Shown piece by piece: positions 42,012 to 53,400 of a stretch of 64,000 nucleotides of DNA; the first letter of the stretch is position 1; every line of letters begins with the position of its first letter. Origin of the DNA: Lingula anatina (Eukaryota; Animalia; Brachiopoda). The stretch lies in NCBI GenBank assembly GCA_051362555.1, contig CM120641.1, positions 26,046,401-26,110,400 of the forward strand, in the 5' to 3' direction. The notes under the pieces were generated by a model. It did not search any database, was not told the DNA's origin, and saw only the letters and a list, made by a program, of their open reading frames with translations. The position numbers and the translations under genes are program-made.

Positions 42012-43171
42012 ATGAAGGTTCTGTTGGTCACTGTTGTCATTTTAAGTGGTACGTTTCAGCTTTCAGACTACCAGTACAGCAATGTTTAAATTGATTAGTT
42101 TTTTTGTGTATGTTATTAAACGTTTCTATGACAAAAACGTTTTATGTATTCGTTTATTTATTCATTTACTAATTTTTATAAATGTTTTCGCTCGGTTTCA
42201 GCACTTTCATTTGACAAAGTACTTTAGAAAAGTTTTTTTTTTTTATTTTAGTAATAATTCTTGTCACCGCACGACGAGGACCACCAAAGAAAGCTGGCAG
42301 AAAGAGTTGGACGGAATCACGTGGTCTTGGACAGGAACGAGGATTTGGCGGAGGCCGCGGACGAGGTCGAGGAAAGGGGTCACGTGGTTCCAAATCCCCA
42401 GGCTCTGGCCAGGAGCGAGGATTTGGCAGAAGCAAACCTAGTGGTCGTCCCTTCCCAAAATTGTTTCCAAAATTGGCTGAACTATGTGTGATGATCCAGA
42501 ATGCCAACTGTTCCGATTCTGCACTTCCTGCAAGAGAAATATGTGACGTTAGTGGTGACGTGTACTCCAACATGTAAGTATACAATACACATCACAATAA
42601 TTACTTGTATGTGAAATATATCATATTAATTATACTGTTTTGGTATGTAAGTGAATATTTTACGTAGTAAGCCATGTAGCTATTGGTCCGTAAGTAAAGG
42701 GGCAAATCATCCCACTTAAAATATTTATACTATATATCAGGGAAAAATTACATTTCAAAGTAATGAGTGAATATTTGACTTGGTAAGCCATACGTAGCGT
42801 GCAAAAATCCCTTTTAAATAACAGATTTATTCTTTTTAGTTTTAATCAAGACAAACTGCAATACAAGGTTATTACTTGGAAGTGTTACGCATACACTCAA
42901 TTGATGCAGTATATACAATACACACACATATATCTGCATTATATTTTTATATAGAATATATAAGATTTCATACTTTACGAAATTATATTGTAGCTGTGAG
43001 TTCCTTCAAGCCAAATGTAAAACCCCCGACCTGAAGGTAGTTAGGTGTCCTGATCCAGCCGAGGACCCAGACGACGGATCCGGAGAAACCCCAGAAGACG
43101 CACCAACCGAAACCCCTGACGAGACCAAGGCTCCTGAAATTGTGCCAACTGAAGATACCAAAGAACCATAA
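42012..43171 (+). CDS. Small secreted Arg/Gly-rich, Kazal-like-domain, acidic-tail protein, copy B (178 aa)
   Basis: Exons 42012-42048, 42252-42573 and 42994-43171, same phases as copy A. Indels relative to A are frame-preserving (-12 nt in exon 2, +15 nt in exon 3). Protein: MKVLLVTVVILSVIILVTA-RRGPPKKAGRKSWTESRGLGQERGFGGGRGRGRGKG... followed by the same 6-Cys domain and DDGSGE tail. Confidence 0.88.
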
Positions 43172-45608
43172 ATCGTGTGTTTTTGTACGTCCGTTCGCTA
43201 AAACCTTTCTACCTTTGTAACAAGAGATCTCACTCATTAGTTTAAAGGACTCAGCGAAGCATGGATATGGTTTGCGTACAAGTGTTCACACGTGAGACAT
43301 ATTTTATGCCGTTGTATCAAATTAAAATGCTACTAGTTTGAGCCAGTAGGTGGGAAACATTCTTCTTTCTCGTACACACCGGTGCCATCTTCAGAATCAT
43401 TATTATATTGTCTCCATTTCAGTATCTAGTTGTTTGGCGGTATGTTATTGTTAAGAGAATGAGGTGCAGGTCACCTAATTGTCGTATTACCTCTTTTTAT
43501 ACTATCATAATATGGTACATTTGAATAAATATAAATAGACAAAAACGTATGCCATTTTTTGTTATGTTATTTGGATAACAATGATAAAGAAAATTACTGT
43601 ATAGAGTTCCCCTGCCATAGATTACTGATAAGAGTCTAATTCGCAATAAAAGGTAACATGATGAAAACGAACGGAGAACAACGATTGACTTTATTTCGGC
43701 ATATTCGATATATACATATTGATCATGTTTATCAAATGATTTAAAATTATTTCCATATTTGAACAATTTAACTAGTAGTTCACAGATTGCATTCAATGAA
43801 ATGGTCCATATGTTCCACATGAATAAATTTATTTGCCAGGATGATTCGATCCCAAGTATCACCTGGCAATAGTTTACTTACAGATAGCAATACATTACTA
43901 CCGTGTTATTTTTGCTGTACTTTCTCTTGGCGGCAGTCATTTTATAGATTAAACAAGACACGTTAGTAATGTGATCAAATAAAAGAAATTAAATTAAAAT
44001 ATTGATAACTCTTGGGATGCCAATATAATTCGACAGGATTCTGATTAAAAACTGATACACGGTATTTCCTCCAGCAAACTCCCCTAAGCTTCCAAAAGGC
44101 TTTTAAGTTTTATGTTACCATGCTTGGGACCAGGGTTATTTATAATTCTCTAATGTGACCCATTAATCTTTAATTTGACCCAAGATAAATCACTAGCAGC
44201 CCGATTAACATCAAGTATTACTCCTGTTTTTATACCACAAAAGACATAGCTAACGTTTCAGACCAATATGTTTCATTTAATTGGTATCGGACCGTCGGAG
44301 TATCGCCTCTTTAACAACAACGGCCATTTATTCCGCTAAGTCACAACTGATACAACTGTGAGAAGTGAATGTGTTAGTGATTCAAGTAGGAGGATTAATT
44401 CGTTCAAACAGGAGAGTATCGATAAAGAGTCTTACAGGAATTGACAGTTTCACAAAAGTACGGTATAGATTGAGATGTCTCCTTGAAATGATTAGAAGTG
44501 GATCGTGCTGACCTCTCTCTTCAAATCCAATAGATTACTAGTAAGACCATGCAATTAGAATGAAGTGAGGTTGACAGCTTTCACTTCATCCACAACACAT
44601 GCAGAAATAATAGATGAAGTAGAAATCGTCCAGGTATTCGCCTTGAGACGAAGATTGAATACAAGAGATATTCTAAGTGATTCTCCTTCCTCAAGGGTAA
44701 ATTTTCGGACTTAAGTATTGAAAAAGACATACCAGGAGAAGATGAATTGTACAAAAGCATTTTTAGATAAATTTTAAATCCATGGGAATGAACCTAACCT
44801 TTACAGTTTGTAAAGCATATCCACATGTATATTGAAACAAAAAAATTATTATCTGGACAAAACATATTTAATAACATCCCATTTTATGTTGTGCTAGTAA
44901 ATACCTTATTGTGGCTTCATTTACAGTTTTGGATTTGATATCTGATCAAAATAAATATTACATCAGTTCTGATACGGTTATATAAAACGTCAAGATTTCC
45001 AAAGCGAATTCATGTCCCATAATACTTATTTATGCGTAAGAGATAAACGTTAAATTAAACAGACGATTGTCAGTTTTTGTCCCTCATATTAACGGCCATT
45101 TATTTTGAATGCGTGTCATATGATATAAGCCAAAGATATTTCATTAATAATATCATTAATAATATGAAAATTGCATCCCCTAGGATGAATCAATTAATCC
45201 CTAGATAAAAAAGATGCTGTAAAGTGTCATTTGTTTATATGGTTGTTTGATTGAATTTCGTAACAAACATGTAACATTAATGAGGATGAACTGTGCAGTT
45301 GATTGTATTTTAATATCAGATATAACGATATGAAATGAATATAACAACTCTTATAACTATGTTTTATGATAACATTTCATTATATGACAGTGGATTACAT
45401 ATCTATAAACGTGATCCGTTTACATACATATCAAAGTCAAACAAAGAAGTAAACCTACTGGTACACGTACAATTACTGACTCATCAAAGACGCGGTATTA
45501 CTGATGTTTACACAAACATGAAAATATCTAAATGCAATTCTTCTATGTTGCATAACGGTATGTACATGTATATGGAAACACATATCTGAATAACTTGGCA
45601 ATCCGTAA

Positions 45609-45613
<5 letters not shown>

Positions 45614-45699
<86 letters not shown>
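45614..45699. repeat. (AT)n microsatellite, about 43 units
   Basis: Uninterrupted AT dinucleotide run. Confidence 0.95.
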
Positions 45700-45703
<4 letters not shown>

Positions 45704-46965
45704 GAGAATAAAGTTGATACACTATGGAAAAGTGCTCTACCCATGCATGGGTATATATATTATTGTATAGGATAAGCTTACAGATTTCACTGAAATAATG
45801 TTATCGTTATTATTGATATACTGAACGATGTATTTTTATTTTTATAACAAAAATGATGCATATGGTTACACGTGATACAATAATTTCTTATAGTTCGTTC
45901 TGCAGCACAGAGCTTACAATTTTATCACAAACTGCGTGTACCTTCTTCGTACGTACTTATTTCTGACAGAACATGATTATGTTGCTTAGGGAAACGATCA
46001 TTATAATAGTAGTTGAAGTACCCGTTTCTTTAATCACAATGAAAAAACACACTTGATTTGATATAAGAGAAAAGGAATATTATGCAATGAGACATTAATT
46101 TCTCAATTTTTGATTATCTTATTATAGCATCAAATACATATGGAAATATAAAGCATGCAAATGGCAATTCCTTTAAAAGACTTTTGTGTGCATTATGTTT
46201 TCTATGAAATTAGTTTGTTCCTAAAATGACAAACCTTTTATAATAATATAATATAATTTATACATTTGGGGCTACATGTACATAGAAATGTAATGCTAGG
46301 GTACCTTAAGGAAAAGTTAATCCACAGTTTCGGGATGCTAGTGTATATAGCAAGAGATGAAAATGTCTATGAATCGATAAAATGACACGACGACTGTGAA
46401 TTATTTGATCAATTTTCCAAGAAGGACATTAATAAAAACATTAAAAAGACCTATGGCGAAAAAGGGCGAAATTATCACACTAATCACATATGCTAAATTA
46501 CCGTGTACAAACACGCCCAAAGCACGTTGATTAAAAAGGTTTGTTGGCGTCCAAATGTATTGCAAGGAGAAGGATCTTATTCAATGATTGTTCCTTCTCT
46601 TTCGAAGAAAAAGTCTAAGCAGACCACAGGAAACGGTATCTGATTTTGTCTTGAATCATCTGAGAAACACAGTCGCGATTGAGCGTCTGCTATCAGAAAT
46701 AGCACCCCCTCCCCCCCGCAAAAAAAAGGAAAATTACCTCTCTTGGGTCAAATGTATTCACTATCACCAACAGAACGCAGATGTCACAACGTAAGAGTCA
46801 CATTTTGCGAAAAAAACTCACTGTGCTCTTATGGTACGATTCCAGGCGGATTTTTTAGCTTTCGTTTGTAAACCAAAGTCCAAAGTGGATTTATCTTTGA
46901 ATATAGCAGCTATTTACGTCTAGTTTTCTGTGTATGTGTCAGAGCATAAATGTTATTTCGTAAAA

Positions 46966-49900
46966 CTAAACTGAAAAGCTCGAACGTGCGAAAACTACGT
47001 AGTAAAGTCCATAGACAAAACAGAAGAGTATAAAACTGAAGGGAAATAGAACCCGAGACACAGTGTCCACACGCTTTGCCTTTTCTCTGCCTTGCGGATC
47101 GGGTACCTCTTCCTTCTCCGGAGCAGCCTCAACGTGTGGCTGTAGATCATCACACATTTTCTTCTGAAAAAAAGACGGAATGTTTGTACTTATTGACTTA
47201 TATCACTAGTAGAAATGTCAAATTGAATTCATTAATTGCCATTGATCAATAAATTAAAAATTGTAATTAATTTTCTAAATGACGGTACTTATTTCTATTT
47301 ATCTCCAGAGTGCATTTCAATAGTCATCTTATACACCGGTGCCATTTCAGCACTGAACATGCAAAAGTAGATATAATAGTCTATTTGGGAATTTTAATGT
47401 CAGTAAGTAATAAACATATCACGCAACTCGCTAGACGATTTATGGTAATACTTTCGCCTATTTGTCAACGAATTTCAGAAACAAAACCAGGTGGTAACTA
47501 ATACATAATAATATACATCCATAAATAAACCAGGTGACTATCTAAGCACCTTTTCACTGTTAGAGTTGCAGAATATCCCTTGGGCACGGTTTCGAACAGG
47601 TTTTGGGACCTGTCGCCTACTGAATGTGTTCACGAGGGAGTACTCCAGAAGCGAGGCGAATACAAACACCAAACACATGGCCAACCAGACGTCAATTGCC
47701 TTGATGTAAGACACCTTCGGCTGTGAGGCCCTGGACGCCGTAGCCTGCGTCGTAATTGTCAGCACTGTTAAAAGTCCAATGGACACCCTGGCCGGGCTCG
47801 CGTCGATGCTGATCCAGAACCCCACCCAGGACATGATGACAATGAGGACGCTGGGCAGGTAAACCTGCATCACGAAGTACTCGCGGTTTCTGTCCAAGAA
47901 GAAGTCCACATTGAGACATGGGAAAGCGCCTTAAATGAAAGGAATAGTGAAGCACAAAGGAATTGGCTTTAAAACGCGAAAAAGTCTTCACTTAGAAATG
48001 GTTGGCCATTCTATAACCATTGACGTGTAAAACATTTTGACTGAAATGGAATTAACTAAAATCATGCATACAATGCATATATCTAACATATGTCACAATC
48101 GTCAAGCATTTATTGACGTTTTAGAAGTTGCAAACAAAAGAAGGCATGTCTCTAAAAAAATATTCAAAACAAAACCGAGAACCAATGAAACGGCAAAATA
48201 GCGTTATGTAATAAACAAGCAGCTATCAAGTTTGCAATTACCGCTCTCACCAACAGAGAAAATGTCAGCAGCTCTAGCGACTATCTTAATGTCTATAAAA
48301 GCTGATTTATAGTGTTGTTCTAACCCCTAAAGGCTACCCATTATGTCATCATATAAATCAATCAGTACTGGATTTCTTACCAGCTGCATAAACTCGTGAA
48401 CAATCCTGGAAATCGAAACTTGTAAGGGTATATTCCGGTAATCTTAGATTTTCGTCTTTCTCCACTGCATTATCCATCCATTTGAAAGTGAGAACATCCA
48501 TGGTATTGCCAACTAGAATTAAAAAACGCCACTGATTCAATATAAGATCATAAAACACAATTACAAATAGCCAAGAGAGACCAGCACAAACCACCCGCAT
48601 CGTGAATTGAAGAATGCATTTATATATTGGATGGAAAGATCAACCAAACATCAACTCTAATTTCCCATCATAATCCATGTCATGTCCACCATCACGTTGG
48701 CTGACGAGTTTTTTGTTAATATTATATTTAACATTTCACTCATATAATAATAGGGAAAACAATAATCAATTTAAAACAATGGCAGACACAAACAACAATG
48801 GCAGAATACAGTCTCTCAGATATTGGTCTCCGACAATCACAACATCCATTTAGACGATGAATGTACCACTCATTAACGCAATACCACTAGGATTAATTTG
48901 TTTTGATCTATAGAAAAAGTATCGTAAGCAGGGTGCCCGTATGTAAGGGGCCTATACATAAAATTGAATAGGTACATGTATGTCATTCAGTCCTGTTTTG
49001 CGTGCCTAAAATATTTCAAATCTCTGCTCTGGGTTTACATTATTATATTTAACGACGTACAACCGGCTAAGGTCTCTTCGAGGAAAACACATGTCTCGTC
49101 ATAGATTTTTAAAACATCATTCAACCAATCCATATGATTCTCTTATTGATGGCAAGCAAAGCTACACATTTAAGATTCTTTTCATACTGTCTACTCCTAA
49201 AAACGCACGGATTTGCCTACCTTAATTATGAACCATTACTTACAATCCGTCTGTTACAACATTTAAATTTTCTTAGCGTTGTCCTGATTCAGAACGAGAA
49301 TGCACAAGAAACAAAACTATGGACAAAACTGTCGAAATTTAATTGAAACCATTGCTGTAACTTTTGAGAAATTATAATGGCAAATTCTGTGGAGGTTTTT
49401 GCTTGACAAGTTTTACATAGTAAAACGCCATAGCCGAAGAGCCATTAGAGCACGTGGCGGTATCAACAGCTGATGACAACATGTACAGACGCGGATATTT
49501 TCTAAAATCAATTACTACAATTACTATAATTTACATGACATGTTCATGCCACCATGGCCATTATCTAACACCGGATGTAAAATCCACTATCACATATCAA
49601 TAAGGGGCACCAGTATTACTAATTTTAACCCCACCCCTTTACAGGTTTACGAGGAAGTGTGGGAACATGATCACCTTTCCGAATGAAAATCAATCACATA
49701 ATTTGGACCGTACTCACAACTTTCTAGAGATAATGGACATTTCTGAACGTCAAGTGGATAGTTGGTAAGATCCATGTAGCAGTCTAGTGTTGCAGTTATT
49801 CTGGAAAAAGAGAAGATAATTCACAAATTTTCCGTAACGCGAATGGCATACATTTGTTCTTTAAATGAAAGTTGACAGAAAATGAGAAAAAGCGACGTCT

Positions 49901-50395
49901 TTTCTAGGAGAGTTGCTCTTGCATCAGTAATCTCGCTAATCGATTTGCTTTTATTATAAAAAATTGAACTTATTCACGGTCGATATGTTCCAGGCTCACA
50001 TTATCACAGAGAGTCCAGTTCTTGTCCTTTAGATACATGTAGTTTCACAATGATAAAACATGACAAGCTACACTGAGAAAAAATATTACTCACTTCGTCA
50101 CATACCACACGGCGCCGTTGGAATATAACCTCATTAACCTGTTCGGGATCGTAACTTCGTGAAAGTTGGCCCTTTTCTCGTTGCGAATGAAAATGTCGGG
50201 AAGCCAGATCTTGCGGTAAAAATGTTCATCTAATTTGATCATCTCTCCTATCTCGGCCTCCGGATCGGGCTCGAATGCCAGTCTTGGATCTGTCCAGTTT
50301 TGGCGTAGATAAATGTTGACAGAATAATCCTTAAGTAAAAAAAATCATTGGTCTGAGAGACAGACCTATATATGTATACGTATAGAGAAATTAAC

Positions 50396-50461
<66 letters not shown>

Positions 50462-53400
50462 TCACATGCAGGCTACATAAACCGTTTTGTCTACAGGTTA
50501 CAATTTACTTCAATACACCACCAAAATAAAACAAATATATTATTAGAAACATTATCAGAAGCTAAGTATCTTTACCATCGTCTGTTCACTAATGGAATAA
50601 AAGCTGTTGACGTAAACACCAAGTTCAACTCTTGTAGACGCATCTGGAAAAAAATTTTGTGCTTTCACGTCTCGCTTTCTTGTAAATATATATTCTATGC
50701 TTTTATTACACCTACATCGATTATTTTTAGAAAAACATACAATCGTCCCATCACCTGATAAATATATAATACATAACCACATTTATGGATTCCAGGAAAT
50801 GAAATCTCTTTAGGTGTTCTAATGTTAACCATTACCATACCCTTGAAAAGTGAATAAATCGCTGGAATCAGTTAAAACCCTGGTGAACTGGTGTCTGAAT
50901 AAAGTGATAAAGACAGGCGCACGATAGAAAAAAAATGCGTTGGTTACTTACTTTTTAATGGCGGTCTTAACCTGTCGTAACCTTGCATCAATTTGTCCAG
51001 GAATTCCGAGCTATAAGTAAAGATGAACAGGTGGTTGGATTCAAAGCAGCATGGCCAATTAATTGCCATGCCTAATGATAAATAACCAGACTAATCACAA
51101 CTGCTCACTTCTCCGAGGGGCACAATCGATATTCATATCGCTGATGAGAGATCATACGCTGATCGCATTCTGGTAGTTTGATTGATTAAATACTAGGAGA
51201 GCAATGCTCAAATCGCACCTCTCAGATTAAATTGATTAAATATTTACAAGAAGAGGTATTACAGTTTTGGGCACCGAATTGAGAATTCTCGGAATCGAGA
51301 ATACCAAGACTGTTTGTTCACGAAGGGCATAGAAAGCGCAATCGATCACCGACGGTTCGGAGTGCATCTTGGGGAGAATTGGCATTCAAGTAACTGACTT
51401 GAACCCCTTGGGGGACTCATGTGAGTTTTGCTTTTGTTGAGAAGGTAAAAAGAGACAAATCCGGGATTCTGGCATCATATACACCGAACCATCGGTACGA
51501 TGGAACAGGGCCATAGTAGATTTTTGTCACGCAACAGGTTGGCCTCTGAAATCGTAAGATAAATGAAAGCCTCATCCGCATTCAACTAAGTAGTCGAGTA
51601 GCCAGAACGCTAACCCTGCAATGTTTTTTCCTGTAAACTTTTTTCGCTGAAATGCATTCCTTAGGTCGAGAGAAGCAAAATTAGCTTGGTTGCTTTTTCC
51701 GAGACCTTGAGCATTTTTCAATATGGCCGTCAATTTATGAGAAAAAATAGAAAAACGAGCAGAAGTCGCCCGGTAAATTTTATTGACAGCTTTTTTGAAC
51801 GTGTATCCTATCAGGAGAGCACAACAGTAATAGTGAATACACTTAAGCCCGTTACATATAGCAAAACAGCCAAAATGGCCGTCAAAACATATGGCAGAAA
51901 GTAAAAACAGCTGCAAAATAATTTTGCAAAGTAAGTCTTATTAAAAACATTTCCGCCGTTTCTATTTATGTCCATTATGATAATTTGTTAGTCATGATCC
52001 TAAACACTCAGAAACTGTTTATTTGACATTAATCAGACGGTGCCATCTCCTGAGAGTCCATCTGTCACTCCGACGAGCCCCATAGTCAAAGCTTGCTATG
52101 TTATATCTTGCAAGCTTTTTTAAAAGAAATTGTTTCATCTGGGTTACAAAACTTAGAGAAGCTTATAAGCTTGACTTTATTTGCCAGTTGATACGTAGGA
52201 GATATTAACAATTTTTCAAAATTCAAGATGGCCGTCAATTTGTTATGTGAATAGCGAGAGCCATACATTCAAATAAAAAAATATAATGCTTCACTCCATT
52301 GTTCATCATTGCATATTTATATTTATATCCATGCAAAGTGCGATCATTTATTTCATTTTTGCAAGTTATTTTAATAAAAATGGCCTCCAAAACATAATGG
52401 AAGGGAAAAGAAACAAATGTAAAACTACAAGGCTTTTAACTGAAATAGACTTTAACTGGAACAAATATAAATACATATATAAAGTGAAAAACGATATACC
52501 TGCGTTCAAGACACAGCACACAATAAAACATGTTTTTAGGTTAAATGATACAAACAAGGAAAACCAATATGTCCGTCAATGCTGCTCTATGATCAATCCA
52601 AACTTTGATTGCGGATATCTCAGTCCTGACAACTAGTTTTTTATTCTTAATAAAAAATTAATGAAAGGTATTATCATTCTAGTATGTGTAAACTAAATCA
52701 TTTTGAAATAAAAAGGGCGTCAAATCGTTTTCTTCAGGTTGGATTATTCTTATCCTTTTCTTGTAAACTTTTAAAATATTTTAACAGCTATGGGTAAAGG
52801 TATTTTTGTTGTTTAACAATGTATTTTGTTATAAATAACCGAGATCCAAGCACGGGTATACAAACCCAGAGGTTAGGGCCCATGAAGTCAGCTATTTTGA
52901 CAACGTGACATAGTACGGGGATATGCGAGGGTTATCCATCGACATCATGTATTTGAAATGTTGTTTTTGCCAATATATACTTACAGATAATGGAAGCTTT
53001 GAGATAGTAATGTATGCATTTTTCTACTTGTAGGGTAGATGTAATTATCCATTGTGCATTTATTGATGACTTAGTGCTTGGGTAGTTAAGATAATGATGA
53101 GTTGTCATGTTGCCATGGTTAAGCTTTTTTTTTGCAAAAATGGACCAAATACACATTGAGCAATACTCAGTGGGCATCTGCACATTTTGAGGATTGGTTT
53201 TGGAGGCCTGTAAAGGCCCAAAAAAGGTCACCCATGTTGTTAGTCCAGTGAACGGAATCATGCCATGTCTATCATGTGAACAACGTACATCTCTGGGCAC
53301 TGGGTGTGAGGGGAGTCTGATTTGAGCTATAATGTATGGACTGTTCCCACCCCACAATCAGGAACCTGGTTGAATGCCATAACATGCCAGGCTCTGTTAG

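Larger units (their letters stand above)
34800..44690 (+). repeat. Tandem duplication (about 5.2-5.4 kb period) carrying the two secreted-protein genes
   Basis: Alignable blocks: 34885/40033 (ggaagtaggaa), 35941-36072/41381-41512, the promoters and exons, 38845-38950/44170-44280 and 39083-39505/44281-44682. Boundaries are approximate. Confidence 0.75.

Noticed and set aside
45508-45744. IYIYIY ORF
   Set aside because: Artefact of the AT microsatellite.
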